From positions 3,584,001 to 3,648,000 of the forward strand of contig CBDCJV010000002.1 in the NCBI GenBank assembly GCA_965217895.1: DNA of 64,000 nucleotides. The letters run 5' to 3'. Under the pieces are notes generated by a model. The model saw only the letters and a list, made by a program, of their open reading frames with translations. It had not been told where the DNA came from and made no database searches. This document shows positions 1 to 10,102 of the stretch, one piece after another; position 1 is the stretch's first letter, and each line of letters begins with the position of its first letter. The stretch is from Waterburya sp. (GTDB taxonomy: Bacteria > Cyanobacteriota > Cyanobacteriia > Cyanobacteriales > Xenococcaceae). The translations under genes and the position numbers were made by a program.

Positions 1-372
1 TGTATTAAGGAGATTTATCTTGAGGGATTAATTCTACACCTCTGATATGAATTAGAAATGTTCAATCTTGCCGTTTTATTTGAAATTTGAAATTTGTCTT
101 TAAAACCATAACTGAATATTGGGGGACTAGCCCCCCAAACCCCCCATTGGGGACGTTACGCCCTCCCCAAGCCCCTGACGTAAACATTAACCTCGATTTT
201 CTGCTCTATTAACTAGAGTCTCATCATCTACAATAAATAGTAAAATTTACCTAAACTCAACTTGTAAAAAGAATCTTTCTATATAAATATCAAAAATTCC
301 GATGAATTTACTGTAAAAAGGTTAATTCACATCAAGCGTTTTATCGAAAGATAAAAATAGTAATTTCCATAA

Positions 373-948
373 TCAACCTACAGGAGAAAACTGGCTCATG
401 GAATTAATCAGGCGATCAAAATAGGGTTCAAGCGCAGTTTGCTGTGCTAGTGCGATTTTTTGTAGACTAAACAGCTTTAACTGCTCTAAGCCTAAAATCA
501 TGGCATCTAAAGGAACTTCTAATTCTTGATAAAGTTGCTCCATGTATTGCAAACCGCGATCGCTTGTATAATCTACTGATTGACCGCTAATGCCATAGGT
601 AATGCAGCGTAAAAAATGCCAAAAATCGCGCCAGCAAGCCTCAGCACGCATTGGCGGATATAAGCCACCTCCAGGCTCGGTAATCTGGGGATTTGCTGCC
701 AAAACCACGCTCCTAGCTTGAGAAACTATCTCTTCAGCGTTGTCCCGCAATAGTTTTCCCTGTGCCAAACTTGTTGATAAGTTTGGTAATACCTTTTGAA
801 CCTGCTCTATATCTTCATCCGTCAAATATCGCCCTTCATCATCCGCCTGCTTAAAAATTTCAACTACTTCTAAAGGATAATTCTGCCAGCTATCAAAGCT
901 AACTATGCGAGATTTTTTGATTAGTTCTTTTACTTTGTCACTGAGCAT
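373..948 (-). CDS. Allophycocyanin-like phycobiliprotein (AplA-type)
   Basis: Phycobiliprotein motifs ADDEGRYLT and ACWRDFWHFLRCITYG (chromophore Cys), with an N-terminal extension. Confidence 0.75.
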   Translation of the reverse strand: MLSDKVKELIKKSRIVSFDSWQNYPLEVVEIFKQADDEGRYLTDEDIEQVQKVLPNLSTSLAQGKLLRDNAEEIVSQARSVVLAANPQITEPGGGLYPPMRAEACWRDFWHFLRCITYGISGQSVDYTSDRGLQYMEQLYQELEVPLDAMILGLEQLKLFSLQKIALAQQTALEPYFDRLINSMSQFSPVG

Positions 949-1067
949 TTTTAGATTTAATCTTACATTTATAGAGATAATGACTTATCTATTTATATCT
1001 TTCTCTAGATAGCCAATTATTGAACCCAATGTAAAGTAAAGTTAAGATGTGATTCATTTTTTTGCTT

Positions 1068-1724
1068 ATGGATATAAAACAAATTAAGGCTGCTTTAGAC
1101 GACTCCAATCCGCAGCTAAGAATGAAAGGGATTAGAGAGTTACGCAATTATGAATCAGACATTGCTGCTCCTCTACTTTTAGCTCATGTTGACGATCAAG
1201 AATTTTTGGTGCGCTCTTTTGTGGCTATGGGATTAGGCAGAAAGAAAAGCGATGATTCTTACACTGCCTTGTTGAAAATGATGAAATCAGACAAAGATCC
1301 TAATGTGCGAGCCGAAGCAGCCAATTCTTTATCATTTTATGGCGATCGCGCAGTAACTCACTTAAGAAAAATGTATGAAGAGGACAATCACTGGCTAGTG
1401 CGTAGAAGTATTATTGCAGCGATCGCTGATTTAAATTCTCCCCAAGAGCTATTAGAAATCTGTGCCATTGGTTTATCAGGAGATGATGAGCCTGTCATGG
1501 AGTCCTGTATTAGCGGTTTAGGTCTTTTAGCCAAAACAGAGCAACGAACAGAAGCCTTAAAATTACTTTTACCTTGGGCAGATGACGAATCTTGGCGAAT
1601 ACGACTTCAGGTAGCCAAATCTTTGAAGCAATTTGAGGCTCAAACAGCCATCACGACTTTAAATAAGCTTAAGCAGGATCGGGATCATCGGGTAGTAGGA
1701 GCAGTACTAGACAGTTTACTGTAA
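1068..1724 (+). CDS. nblB: HEAT-repeat phycobilisome degradation/lyase-like protein (NblB-like)
   Basis: PBS-lyase HEAT repeats (EFLVRSFVAMGLG, DPNVRAEAANSL, WLVRRSII); ATG at 1068. Confidence 0.7.
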   Translation: MDIKQIKAALDDSNPQLRMKGIRELRNYESDIAAPLLLAHVDDQEFLVRSFVAMGLGRKKSDDSYTALLKMMKSDKDPNVRAEAANSLSFYGDRAVTHLRKMYEEDNHWLVRRSIIAAIADLNSPQELLEICAIGLSGDDEPVMESCISGLGLLAKTEQRTEALKLLLPWADDESWRIRLQVAKSLKQFEAQTAITTLNKLKQDRDHRVVGAVLDSLL

Positions 1725-1824
1725 TCTTTAGATAATACGCATTTTCTCAATCAAAATAAATAAATAATGGACTCTTTGATAAAATCATTAGAGAAACATT
1801 AATAAATATTACAAAATTCCTTAA

Positions 1825-2805
1825 ATGAAATTATTGGTAGTTGGCGCGACAGGCACTTTGGGTAGACAGGTGGCTCGTCAGGCTTTAGATGAAGATCATG
1901 AGGTACGCTGTTTAGTACGTAACCCCAACAAAGCGATTTTCCTCAAAGAATGGGGAGCAGAATTAGTCAAAGGCGATCTATGTGACAAATCAACCCTTGC
2001 CTCGGCTTTAGAGGGGGTAGATGCTGTTATTGATGCTGCTACCGCCAGAATTAGCGATAATCTCAGCGTAAAGGAAGTTGACTGGCAAGGCAAAGTTAAT
2101 TTAATCCAGGCAACTAAAGCTGCTGGTGTCAATAAATATATCTTTTTCTCTATTCTTAATGCCCAAAAGCACCCTGAAGTCCCTTTGATGAACATTAAGC
2201 ACTGTACAGAGCTTTTTTTAGCTGAATCTGGCTTAAACTATACAGTTTTAAGGCTTGCTGGTTTTATGCAGGGTTTGATTAGTCAATATGCAATTCCAAT
2301 TTTAGAAGATCAGGTTGTCTGGGTGACAGGAGAAAGTACTCCTATTGCTTATATGAATACTCAAGACATTGCTAAGTTTGCTATTCGTGCTTTATCAGTA
2401 CCTGAAACCGAAAACAAAACTTTTCCAGTGGTGGGATCTAAAGCTTGGACTGCTTCGGAAATTATGAACCTGTGTGAAAATCTGGCTGACAAAAGATCGA
2501 AAATATCTCGTGTATCTCTTGGTATATTAAGTTTAATGCGCCGTATCACTCGCTTTTGTGAATGGGGACAAAACACCGCAGATCGCCTGACTTTCGCTGA
2601 GGTATTAGCAAGTGGAGAACCTTTAAATGCGCCAATGCAAGAAGTTTACGCTACCTTTGGTTTAGACGAAAAGGAAACGACCACTTTAGAAGAATATATG
2701 AAAGAGTACTTCACTCGCATTATGAAGAAGCTCAAAGAGATTGATTACGAGAAAAATAAAGGTAAGAAGAAGAAAGGCAAAATACCTTATCGAAACCAGT
2801 TTTAA
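1825..2805 (+). CDS. ycf39: Atypical SDR/NmrA-family protein Ycf39 (PSII assembly)
   Basis: GATGTLGRQV, FLKEWGAELV, YAIPILE motifs. Confidence 0.85.
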   Translation: MKLLVVGATGTLGRQVARQALDEDHEVRCLVRNPNKAIFLKEWGAELVKGDLCDKSTLASALEGVDAVIDAATARISDNLSVKEVDWQGKVNLIQATKAAGVNKYIFFSILNAQKHPEVPLMNIKHCTELFLAESGLNYTVLRLAGFMQGLISQYAIPILEDQVVWVTGESTPIAYMNTQDIAKFAIRALSVPETENKTFPVVGSKAWTASEIMNLCENLADKRSKISRVSLGILSLMRRITRFCEWGQNTADRLTFAEVLASGEPLNAPMQEVYATFGLDEKETTTLEEYMKEYFTRIMKKLKEIDYEKNKGKKKKGKIPYRNQF

Positions 2806-2937
2806 TCAATAAACAATAATCGATGATCAATAGAGGCGTGATATTTCACGCTTTTATAAAAATCAATGGTTTGCTAAGTTTTTATTACCAGCTATTGTAG
2901 GGTGTGTTTCTCTAAGTTCATCAGGCATTCTAATTTC

Positions 2938-3846
2938 TTAGGTAACATCAATCTGAGATAAAAACTCTGCTGCGCCCTTAACCCCAGGATCGAGATAAAA
3001 AATAGAGCCAGCTAAGTTATCTTTAGTTGAGCGATTTTGTCCTCCTGCGGTGGTGATATAAAGTCTGCTATAATCAGCACCACCAAAAGTCAAGCTACTA
3101 ACTTGAGCTGTAGGAAAGGGAATACGCAACACTTCTTCTCCCTCTGGACTATAGCGAAAGATATGTCCCCCGTTCCAACGAGCAGACCAAATATATCCTT
3201 CACTGTCCACTGTTAAGCCATCGGGAACACCATCAATTTCTGTAGTTAAAATATGAATTTGAGGGTCGCTTAATTCCCCCGTTGCCAAGTAATATTCAAA
3301 ACGATAAATAGTATGGGTTTCTGAATCTGTAGTATAAAAATACTTGAGGTCTGGAGAAAATCCCATGCCGTTAGGAACAGTTAATCCTCTCATGATGATT
3401 TGTAATGAACCATCCAAATCCAAACGATATAGCGTTCCAGAACATTCGGAAGTGGCTACAGTACCACTATAAACTCTTCCTAAAGGATCGGCGATCGCAT
3501 CATTAAAACGGGTTAATCTCTCAGTAGGAATCTCAGCCACAATAGTCGTGATTTTTCCTTCTTGCCAATGTTCAATTGTGCCTTTAGTTTTAAACAGCAG
3601 CAAAGAACCGTCTTTTTGGATCGTAAAACCGCCCACAGGTTCTCCAGCATAGATTTGCTCAGGTCTTCCTTCATGATTGTAGCGATACATTTTTCCTTGA
3701 GGGATATCTGTCCAGTAAAGACATTGCCCTTGAGGATGCCAAGTAGGGACTTCGGCATTGTGATGAGGATGATTAAGTAAAATTTTTGGCTGTTTAGTTT
3801 TTAAATTCACGATCTTAAAATTGAGGGTTTTTATATGTATAGACAA
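2938..3846 (-). CDS. SMP-30/gluconolactonase/LRE family protein
   Basis: LYWTDI, RFND, PNGMGFSPD, PDGLTVDSEG. Confidence 0.85.
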   Translation of the reverse strand: MSIHIKTLNFKIVNLKTKQPKILLNHPHHNAEVPTWHPQGQCLYWTDIPQGKMYRYNHEGRPEQIYAGEPVGGFTIQKDGSLLLFKTKGTIEHWQEGKITTIVAEIPTERLTRFNDAIADPLGRVYSGTVATSECSGTLYRLDLDGSLQIIMRGLTVPNGMGFSPDLKYFYTTDSETHTIYRFEYYLATGELSDPQIHILTTEIDGVPDGLTVDSEGYIWSARWNGGHIFRYSPEGEEVLRIPFPTAQVSSLTFGGADYSRLYITTAGGQNRSTKDNLAGSIFYLDPGVKGAAEFLSQIDVT

Positions 3847-3920
3847 TCAAAACCCGTCATGATTTATGTTTAAACAACAATTTAATATAGGTTAATAATC
3901 CATTTGCTGTGGATATAATT

Positions 3921-4793
3921 TTATTGCTCTTCAGTTACCAGCAAAACAGATTTAATCGGTCTTTGAATCTTATTTCCTTCTTTGTCTACTCTGCCATAAA
4001 CTGCTTGACCATCGTAATACAAAGAAGCAGAACTTCCTCCATCCAGATTCATTGCTTTGACTGCACCAAGACTAGACAAAAAATTAGCAAATTCTGGTAA
4101 AGATATACCTGAATCAAGAGGTTGTTCTGGCTGCTGCGCCACCATAGCTAGAATTACATCGCCATTGTCCGTAATCCCGACTGCGCTTCTGGCATTTAAA
4201 CTATCACTACCGATCGCGTCACGGATTTTTTCGCCATCTTGATAAGCAGTAAACCCCTCGGCGACAGAAGTATCTTTGGGTAATAAACCAGGACCTCCTC
4301 CTAAAGACGCTTTTAATGTACAATTAGAAAGTATGGGTGCAAAATGTAACTGAATATCGTATTGTGTCTGTTCTCCACATTTGTAGCGACGAAACTCAGT
4401 ACGGTTAAATATTTTCCCTAAATATGGTTTTAAATCTGGATTGTCTACCAGCCTTTCATTAAAACGCGGATCGGCGACAATCTTTGATTCTTGAGTAATA
4501 AAGGAAGTGGTCTTTTGATTTACAGGATCGAAGTAACCGCCATTGATAGCTGCAACAAGGTTATCTTTATCTTCTACAAACTCTTGAATAGATTGGAGTT
4601 GGCCTGAAATTTTAGGAGCAACAATATAATTACTGTTGTGAGGAATAGTAATAGTATGGATCGTATGTTGCGATCGCTTTATTACATCATAACGAATTTG
4701 ATTATCTGAAGCTAGAGATAGATTGTTGACGCTAAAAGATAAAATTAAGCCAAGAACACTTAATCCTAAAAATATCCATCCCGTTCTTTTCAT
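3921..4793 (-). CDS. Secreted phosphodiester glycosidase-family protein
   Basis: Signal peptide; AAINGGYF, ARSAVG, NLDGGSS. Confidence 0.8.
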   Translation of the reverse strand: MKRTGWIFLGLSVLGLILSFSVNNLSLASDNQIRYDVIKRSQHTIHTITIPHNSNYIVAPKISGQLQSIQEFVEDKDNLVAAINGGYFDPVNQKTTSFITQESKIVADPRFNERLVDNPDLKPYLGKIFNRTEFRRYKCGEQTQYDIQLHFAPILSNCTLKASLGGGPGLLPKDTSVAEGFTAYQDGEKIRDAIGSDSLNARSAVGITDNGDVILAMVAQQPEQPLDSGISLPEFANFLSSLGAVKAMNLDGGSSASLYYDGQAVYGRVDKEGNKIQRPIKSVLLVTEEQ

Positions 4794-4833
4794 TACTTAT
4801 TACTCATTACTTATTACTCAACCACGGAAACTA

Positions 4834-5064
4834 CTAAGATTTCGGATAGTAAATCAACCCCACACCTACTTTATTCTTGCGGGTGAAAATAGCTTCAGAA
4901 GAAATCAAGTCTTTGAGACAAACCTGAATCATAGAAACAGGACGATTAACAATTTTGCTAATTTCTTTAATAGTTATACCAGTATTTCTCGCCTGAATTA
5001 TCTGTAAAATTTGTTCATGAGTGCTAATGCCAGGAGTTGAACTGATAATATTAATTTCTATCAC
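4834..5064 (-). CDS. Small winged-helix/HTH protein
   Basis: 76 aa; GITIKEISKIVNRPVSMIQVCLKDL resembles an HTH. Confidence 0.55.
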   Translation of the reverse strand: MIEINIISSTPGISTHEQILQIIQARNTGITIKEISKIVNRPVSMIQVCLKDLISSEAIFTRKNKVGVGLIYYPKS

Positions 5065-5498
5065 TGACTAATATCTCCTTGGTCATTAATTAAGCTAATT
5101 GCCAGAAACTTAATTTGGTAAAAATAAAATAACGGACACAACATATAGTTATGCCCGCAGTTATATCCGCTATTCTTATTAACGACTACAGTAAATCTAC
5201 CTAGAGTGAAAAAATTTACGTAGGCTTTATAATGATGCAGTTTAAAATGACAGTAAGCAGCTAAAAAATTGCCAAAATCACGAAGGTTTTATCAATCTGC
5301 GATCATTGATCAAGCAAGTATTAGCCCTAATTAGGGCTTGCTGAATAAGTTAAAACCATCTATTTATCTCTCTTCTGTCAGTCTAGGCAGAATTAAATAT
5401 AAAACCGAATAAGCAAGATTTTACTTCCTACCTCCTACTTTTTACTCCCTGCGGGGGATACCCCTTGGCTACTTACGAGTAATTAAATTTTCTGTTCT

Positions 5499-5606
5499 GT
5501 CTTGGTGCGCGTACATGCGGAAGTGCGCCTTTGTCTTGCGCCTGTGGTTTCCCAGGCGTTTATGTCGCCCGTCAAACTGTCTCACCCTTTAGGGGGTAGC
5601 ACCGCT
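5499..5606. repeat. GC-rich nested hairpin mosaic repeat
   Basis: Shares GTCTTGGTG, TTGCGCCTG, CAAACTGTC and ACCCTTTAGGGGGT..CACCGCT with 45725-45832. Confidence 0.6.
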
Positions 5607-5632
5607 AACCGATTAACGTACTGCGATATTTC

Positions 5633-6577
5633 TTAGTCCACAAGACTAAGCAAAGCGCATTCCCAAACAAGACGAGGCTGCACATAACTCAAGAGATATT
5701 GACGAGTTTTTTCCCACTGGTGCATCAAATTGCTTTGTTGGTTTTGCTGCCAATAGTAATATTGCAGATAGTCTATTAACCAAAGTTGAGTTGGCGAATC
5801 CAGCTCGTTAGTGATTGTTTGGGCTAATTGCATAGCCTGTAGAGGAGTTTTAATTGACTGTTTGAGTTGGTACAGTAGTTGCTCTGGAATTGTCTGTAGC
5901 TGATTCCAGGCAGCGATCGCTTTTCCTGGACTTCCTTGGGCGATCGCTATTAGCTCAGGGTATTCAAGAATTGTCTGATAGCCTTGATTTACAAGTATTG
6001 TTTTTAAGTTAGCTTCAGATAGAGAATAAAACTGAATACGCTGGCAGCGCGATACTAATGTACTTAATAATAGATCCGCATCAGGAGCAATCAAAATTAG
6101 GGTGGCTTTACCTGGCTCTTCTAAGGTTTTTAGTAAGGCATTAGCTGGTGCTTCTGCCATAGTTTGAGAATCTTCAATAACTACAACCTTTCTCTTCGCT
6201 TCAAGTATAGGGCGATGAAGAAATTGAGTCAGACTACGAATTTGCTCAATCCGAATTTTGGGAGGTGTTTTGTATTGCAAACCCTGTTCGGCAGCTTGTT
6301 TAGCGGTATACAATTCACCTTTATTAAGGTATGTAGGCTCGACCCAAAGCAAGTCTGGATGATTCCCTGTTGCTAGTTTTCTGACAACCATAGGTAGCTT
6401 TTGGGTAGTTAAACCCATACTAAGCAATAGCCGAGCAAAACTTTTCGCAGTCATACTGCGTCCAATACCCGAAGAGCCACAAAACAAATAGGCTGGGGCA
6501 ATGCGGTCTAGCTTTATCGCCTGTTGTAATAATTCAACCGCTTTATCTTGACCCAGTAAACCATCAAAAACATCCAT
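5633..6577 (-). CDS. holB: DNA polymerase III subunit delta'
   Basis: RIAPAYLF, HPDLLW, ANALLKTLEEP, SRC motifs. Confidence 0.9.
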   Translation of the reverse strand: MDVFDGLLGQDKAVELLQQAIKLDRIAPAYLFCGSSGIGRSMTAKSFARLLLSMGLTTQKLPMVVRKLATGNHPDLLWVEPTYLNKGELYTAKQAAEQGLQYKTPPKIRIEQIRSLTQFLHRPILEAKRKVVVIEDSQTMAEAPANALLKTLEEPGKATLILIAPDADLLLSTLVSRCQRIQFYSLSEANLKTILVNQGYQTILEYPELIAIAQGSPGKAIAAWNQLQTIPEQLLYQLKQSIKTPLQAMQLAQTITNELDSPTQLWLIDYLQYYYWQQNQQSNLMHQWEKTRQYLLSYVQPRLVWECALLSLVD

Positions 6578-6739
6578 TCCTCACTCATTAAGTATATAGA
6601 CAGAAATAACTACAGTTAATTGTTAATGAAGTATAAAGTATGAAGTAAAAAGTAAAAAGTAACTCACCTCTGACCTCTGACTTCGAGCATTAACGTTGAA
6701 TTTAATTTTGTCCGAACCGTTGTTACCTATTACTTGCAT

Positions 6740-7177
6740 CTACTCTCCTTCTTCATCTACATCAATCATGGCAGGGTCAATTAAGGTAATGTCATAGGGA
6801 TCGTCAGGGGGAATAGTCGGAAAAATATCATATTCACGATACTGATATACTGCTTCTACCTGAGGACCAAAAATAACTTTATCGCCATGCTTTAGATCGT
6901 GAAACCTAACTTTTCTACCGTTAATCAATAACCCATTGACGCTGGTATTGCCTTCGGAGTCACCATCAATAAGCCGATAGCAATTACGCTCTTCTTCTTT
7001 TCGTCTAACTAAAGTAGCGTGATGACGAGATACAAATTGAGATTGCAGTACAATACTGCACTGCATACCTCGCCCCAAAGAATAAACTTCATCTTTAAGC
7101 TTTATTTCTCGGTGTCCTTTGCCATCAGTAACAATTAAGATATGCTCTTCTCGATGTATTACAGGTTTTGCAGTCAT
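6740..7177 (-). CDS. FHA-domain protein
   Basis: LGR, VSRHHA, SVNGLLING FHA signature. Confidence 0.85.
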   Translation of the reverse strand: MTAKPVIHREEHILIVTDGKGHREIKLKDEVYSLGRGMQCSIVLQSQFVSRHHATLVRRKEEERNCYRLIDGDSEGNTSVNGLLINGRKVRFHDLKHGDKVIFGPQVEAVYQYREYDIFPTIPPDDPYDITLIDPAMIDVDEEGE

Positions 7178-7248
7178 GAGCCAAGTCTATATTCACCAAC
7201 TTATTGTACCCAGGTTTGTTGCTGAAAATGGTTTTTAGTTATTAGTTA

Positions 7249-9624
7249 TTAGTTTTTGGTAGCAAAATTGAAATTTAATAAAAGAGAGTTAGTCACCACA
7301 ATTAAAGAACTAGATGCCATAGCCAATGCTGCTAAACCAGGAGACAACAGTAAATCATACCGAGGTAATAAAATCCCTGCGGCAATAGGAATAGCAAACA
7401 CATTATATGCCAATGCCCAGACAAGATTTTGCTTGATTTTGTTGACTGTAGCGCGACTAAGCTCAATTGATTCAATCACATCTGCCAGCTTATTTTGCAT
7501 TAAAACAATATCAGCAGTAGCGATCGCCACATCTGTACTGCCTTGGAGAGATATGCCTACATCTGCCTGAGCTAATGCGGGAGCATCATTAATGCCATCG
7601 CCAACCATAGCAACTATTTGACCCTGTTGTTGTAATGACCCAATTACTTTTGCTTTGTCCTCTGGTTTTACCTCGGCAAAAAACTGGGTAATATTTAACT
7701 GTTGGGCAATCCCTTGAGCCACTTCCGAGCGATCGCCAGTGAGCAGGACTGTATTTAAGCCTAATGTTTGTAGCTGACTAATAGTTTCTAGCGCATCAGG
7801 GCGTAAACTATCTTCAATTGCGATTAAACCTTTTAAAACGCCATCTATAGCCAAATAAATGACTGTTTTACCCGATTGGGCAATAAACTGAGCTTTTAAA
7901 TCATGATGCTCACTAACTGTAATCTTATGGGTGGTTAGCCACTGCTGATTTCCTAGCAATACCTTTTTATCGGTAACAACGGCTGATATTCCCTGTCCGA
8001 TAGCAGTATTAAAATCTTTTGTAGCTAAAAATAATAAATCTTTGGCTCTTGCTGCGGTCATGATAGCCTCTGCCAGAGGATGATTGCTACCATTCTCTAC
8101 TGATGCTGCTAGCTGCAACAATTCTTCAGAGGTTAGATCTGCTAAAGGAATACAGTCGGTAACTTGAGGTTGACCACTGGTTAAAGTACCTGTTTTATCA
8201 AAAACTACCGTATCTAGCTTATGAACCTGTTCGAGAATATCTCCGCCTTTAATTAAAATTCCTTTTTCTGCACCAATACTAGTACCGACTAAGATCGCTG
8301 TGGGAGTAGCTAAACCCAAGGCGCAGGGACAGGCAATTACTAGTACAGCGATCGCCAGCTTTAAACTAAGTAATAAAGGCGAAGTTGTTACTGTCATCTC
8401 TGCCATTGCCATAAACATCGAGTGAGATGCGTCCAGTAAGACAGAATCCCAAATTTGTGTGCCAACAAAATACCAGAAGCAAAAGGTTAGAGTCGCGATC
8501 GCCATTACGCCATAGGCAAAATAACCCGCAATAGTATCGGCTAACTGCTGTACTGGTGCTTTGCGGGTTTGAGCATCTTCTACCAAATTGATGATTTTTG
8601 CCAGGGTGGTATCTTGTCCAATACCTGTTACTTCGATGGTGACTACTCCTGAGCGATTAATCGTGCCTGCATAAACTAAATCTGATTTAGCTTTAGCTAC
8701 CGCCACCGATTCTCCTGTAAGCATTGATTCATCTACGGTGCTTTCTCCTGTTATGATCGCTCCATCCACAGGAATTTTTTCTCCTGGTAAAACTCGCAAC
8801 CATTCAGATGGCTTAACTTGTTCTACGGGAATTTCAATCGTCTCGGCGTTATCTTGTTTGCCAATTAAACGAGCAATAGGCGGTTGTAAAGAAACCAGCT
8901 TCTCTAAAGCAGCAGAAGCGCGATTACGAGCTTTCCCTTCTAAAGTACGTCCTAACAAAATAAAGCCCAATAGCATCACAGGCTCGTCAAAAAAACATTC
9001 CCAACCCAATTGAGGCACAAATAAGGCAAAACAGCTAGCTAAATAAGTACTGGTTGTACCTAAGCCAACCAAGGTATTCATGTTAGGCATTCCTTGAGCT
9101 AGGCTACGCCAACCATCAATCAAAAGCGATCGCCCAGGAATTAGTAAAGCCAGGGTTGCCAAGGCAAAATGAACACAAATATTACTTAGTACAGGTATGT
9201 AAGGCAAACCCAGGTGATGTAAATGTCCTATGCCCGAAAAAAGCAGCAATACAGCAGCAGTAATCAGTTGCTGAACTTGTTTTTTTGACTGCTGTTGTCG
9301 TTTTACCTGATTTGACTGGGCGATTTGATAAATACTGAGATCGCTTTGTCGCAATTGACTAGGAAAACCAGTTTTAGTTAACTTCTCGGCTAAAGCTTCT
9401 GGAGCAACGCTTTTAGTCTCGTATTCTACTACCGCTACTTCTGTAATTAGGTTGACCCAGGCAGATACTACACCTAAATTTTGCTCTAGCTGTCTTTCTA
9501 CCGCCTTGACACAGCCAGCACATTTCATCCCCCCTACGTCTAAGGCGATCGTCTTTAGTTCTGATTTGGCTAAGTTAGAATTTACTCGTTCCCGATCTGA
9601 TGGTGATAAGGGAGACTTGACCAT
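7249..9624 (-). CDS. Copper-translocating P1B-type ATPase (CtaA/PacS type)
   Basis: GMKCAGC HMA domain, TGES, CPC, DKTGT, HP, GDGINDAP, YN. Confidence 0.9.
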   Translation of the reverse strand: MVKSPLSPSDRERVNSNLAKSELKTIALDVGGMKCAGCVKAVERQLEQNLGVVSAWVNLITEVAVVEYETKSVAPEALAEKLTKTGFPSQLRQSDLSIYQIAQSNQVKRQQQSKKQVQQLITAAVLLLFSGIGHLHHLGLPYIPVLSNICVHFALATLALLIPGRSLLIDGWRSLAQGMPNMNTLVGLGTTSTYLASCFALFVPQLGWECFFDEPVMLLGFILLGRTLEGKARNRASAALEKLVSLQPPIARLIGKQDNAETIEIPVEQVKPSEWLRVLPGEKIPVDGAIITGESTVDESMLTGESVAVAKAKSDLVYAGTINRSGVVTIEVTGIGQDTTLAKIINLVEDAQTRKAPVQQLADTIAGYFAYGVMAIATLTFCFWYFVGTQIWDSVLLDASHSMFMAMAEMTVTTSPLLLSLKLAIAVLVIACPCALGLATPTAILVGTSIGAEKGILIKGGDILEQVHKLDTVVFDKTGTLTSGQPQVTDCIPLADLTSEELLQLAASVENGSNHPLAEAIMTAARAKDLLFLATKDFNTAIGQGISAVVTDKKVLLGNQQWLTTHKITVSEHHDLKAQFIAQSGKTVIYLAIDGVLKGLIAIEDSLRPDALETISQLQTLGLNTVLLTGDRSEVAQGIAQQLNITQFFAEVKPEDKAKVIGSLQQQGQIVAMVGDGINDAPALAQADVGISLQGSTDVAIATADIVLMQNKLADVIESIELSRATVNKIKQNLVWALAYNVFAIPIAAGILLPRYDLLLSPGLAALAMASSSLIVVTNSLLLNFNFATKN

Positions 9625-10102
9625 GAATTAAGTAGCTTAAAAAGTTTTGTATCTATAGAAATTCTAATTCAAATGATAGGCAAAATGACTTATTCGTAAG
9701 TTCTAGTAGACGGCAGTGCAAATAAACTACTAGTAGATCTGATGTAAATTAACTTTACTTTGTCTATATTTTAGAGAAAACCTATATTTTTCAGTAAATA
9801 AAAAGATTTATAAAAAAACTCAATTTAGGCAGATTTAACTGCATTATGTGGATTAAAAGTATAGTCAATTCAATTATTGGAAAAACCGATGTTGATGTTT
9901 ACGGAAGGGGTCTGGGGACGTGACGACCCTCCCCAGCAGGCGAGCGACCCCCTAAAGGGTTCGGCGGTATAAACGTCGCAGCAAAGCTACGACGACACGC
10001 CCCCCAAGTTTGGGTAGGGCTGTTTCATTCTAGAGCTAAAGTGCGGTAAATTGATATAAAACCTAATTTAACCGCTCAATGACTTTAAAAAACTTTGATA
10101 AA

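Noticed and set aside
121..176. GGGGG/CCCCC palindromic cluster (also ~9905 and ~11495-11548)
   Set aside because: Common cyanobacterial intergenic palindrome; noted only as the ISAs1 insertion context.
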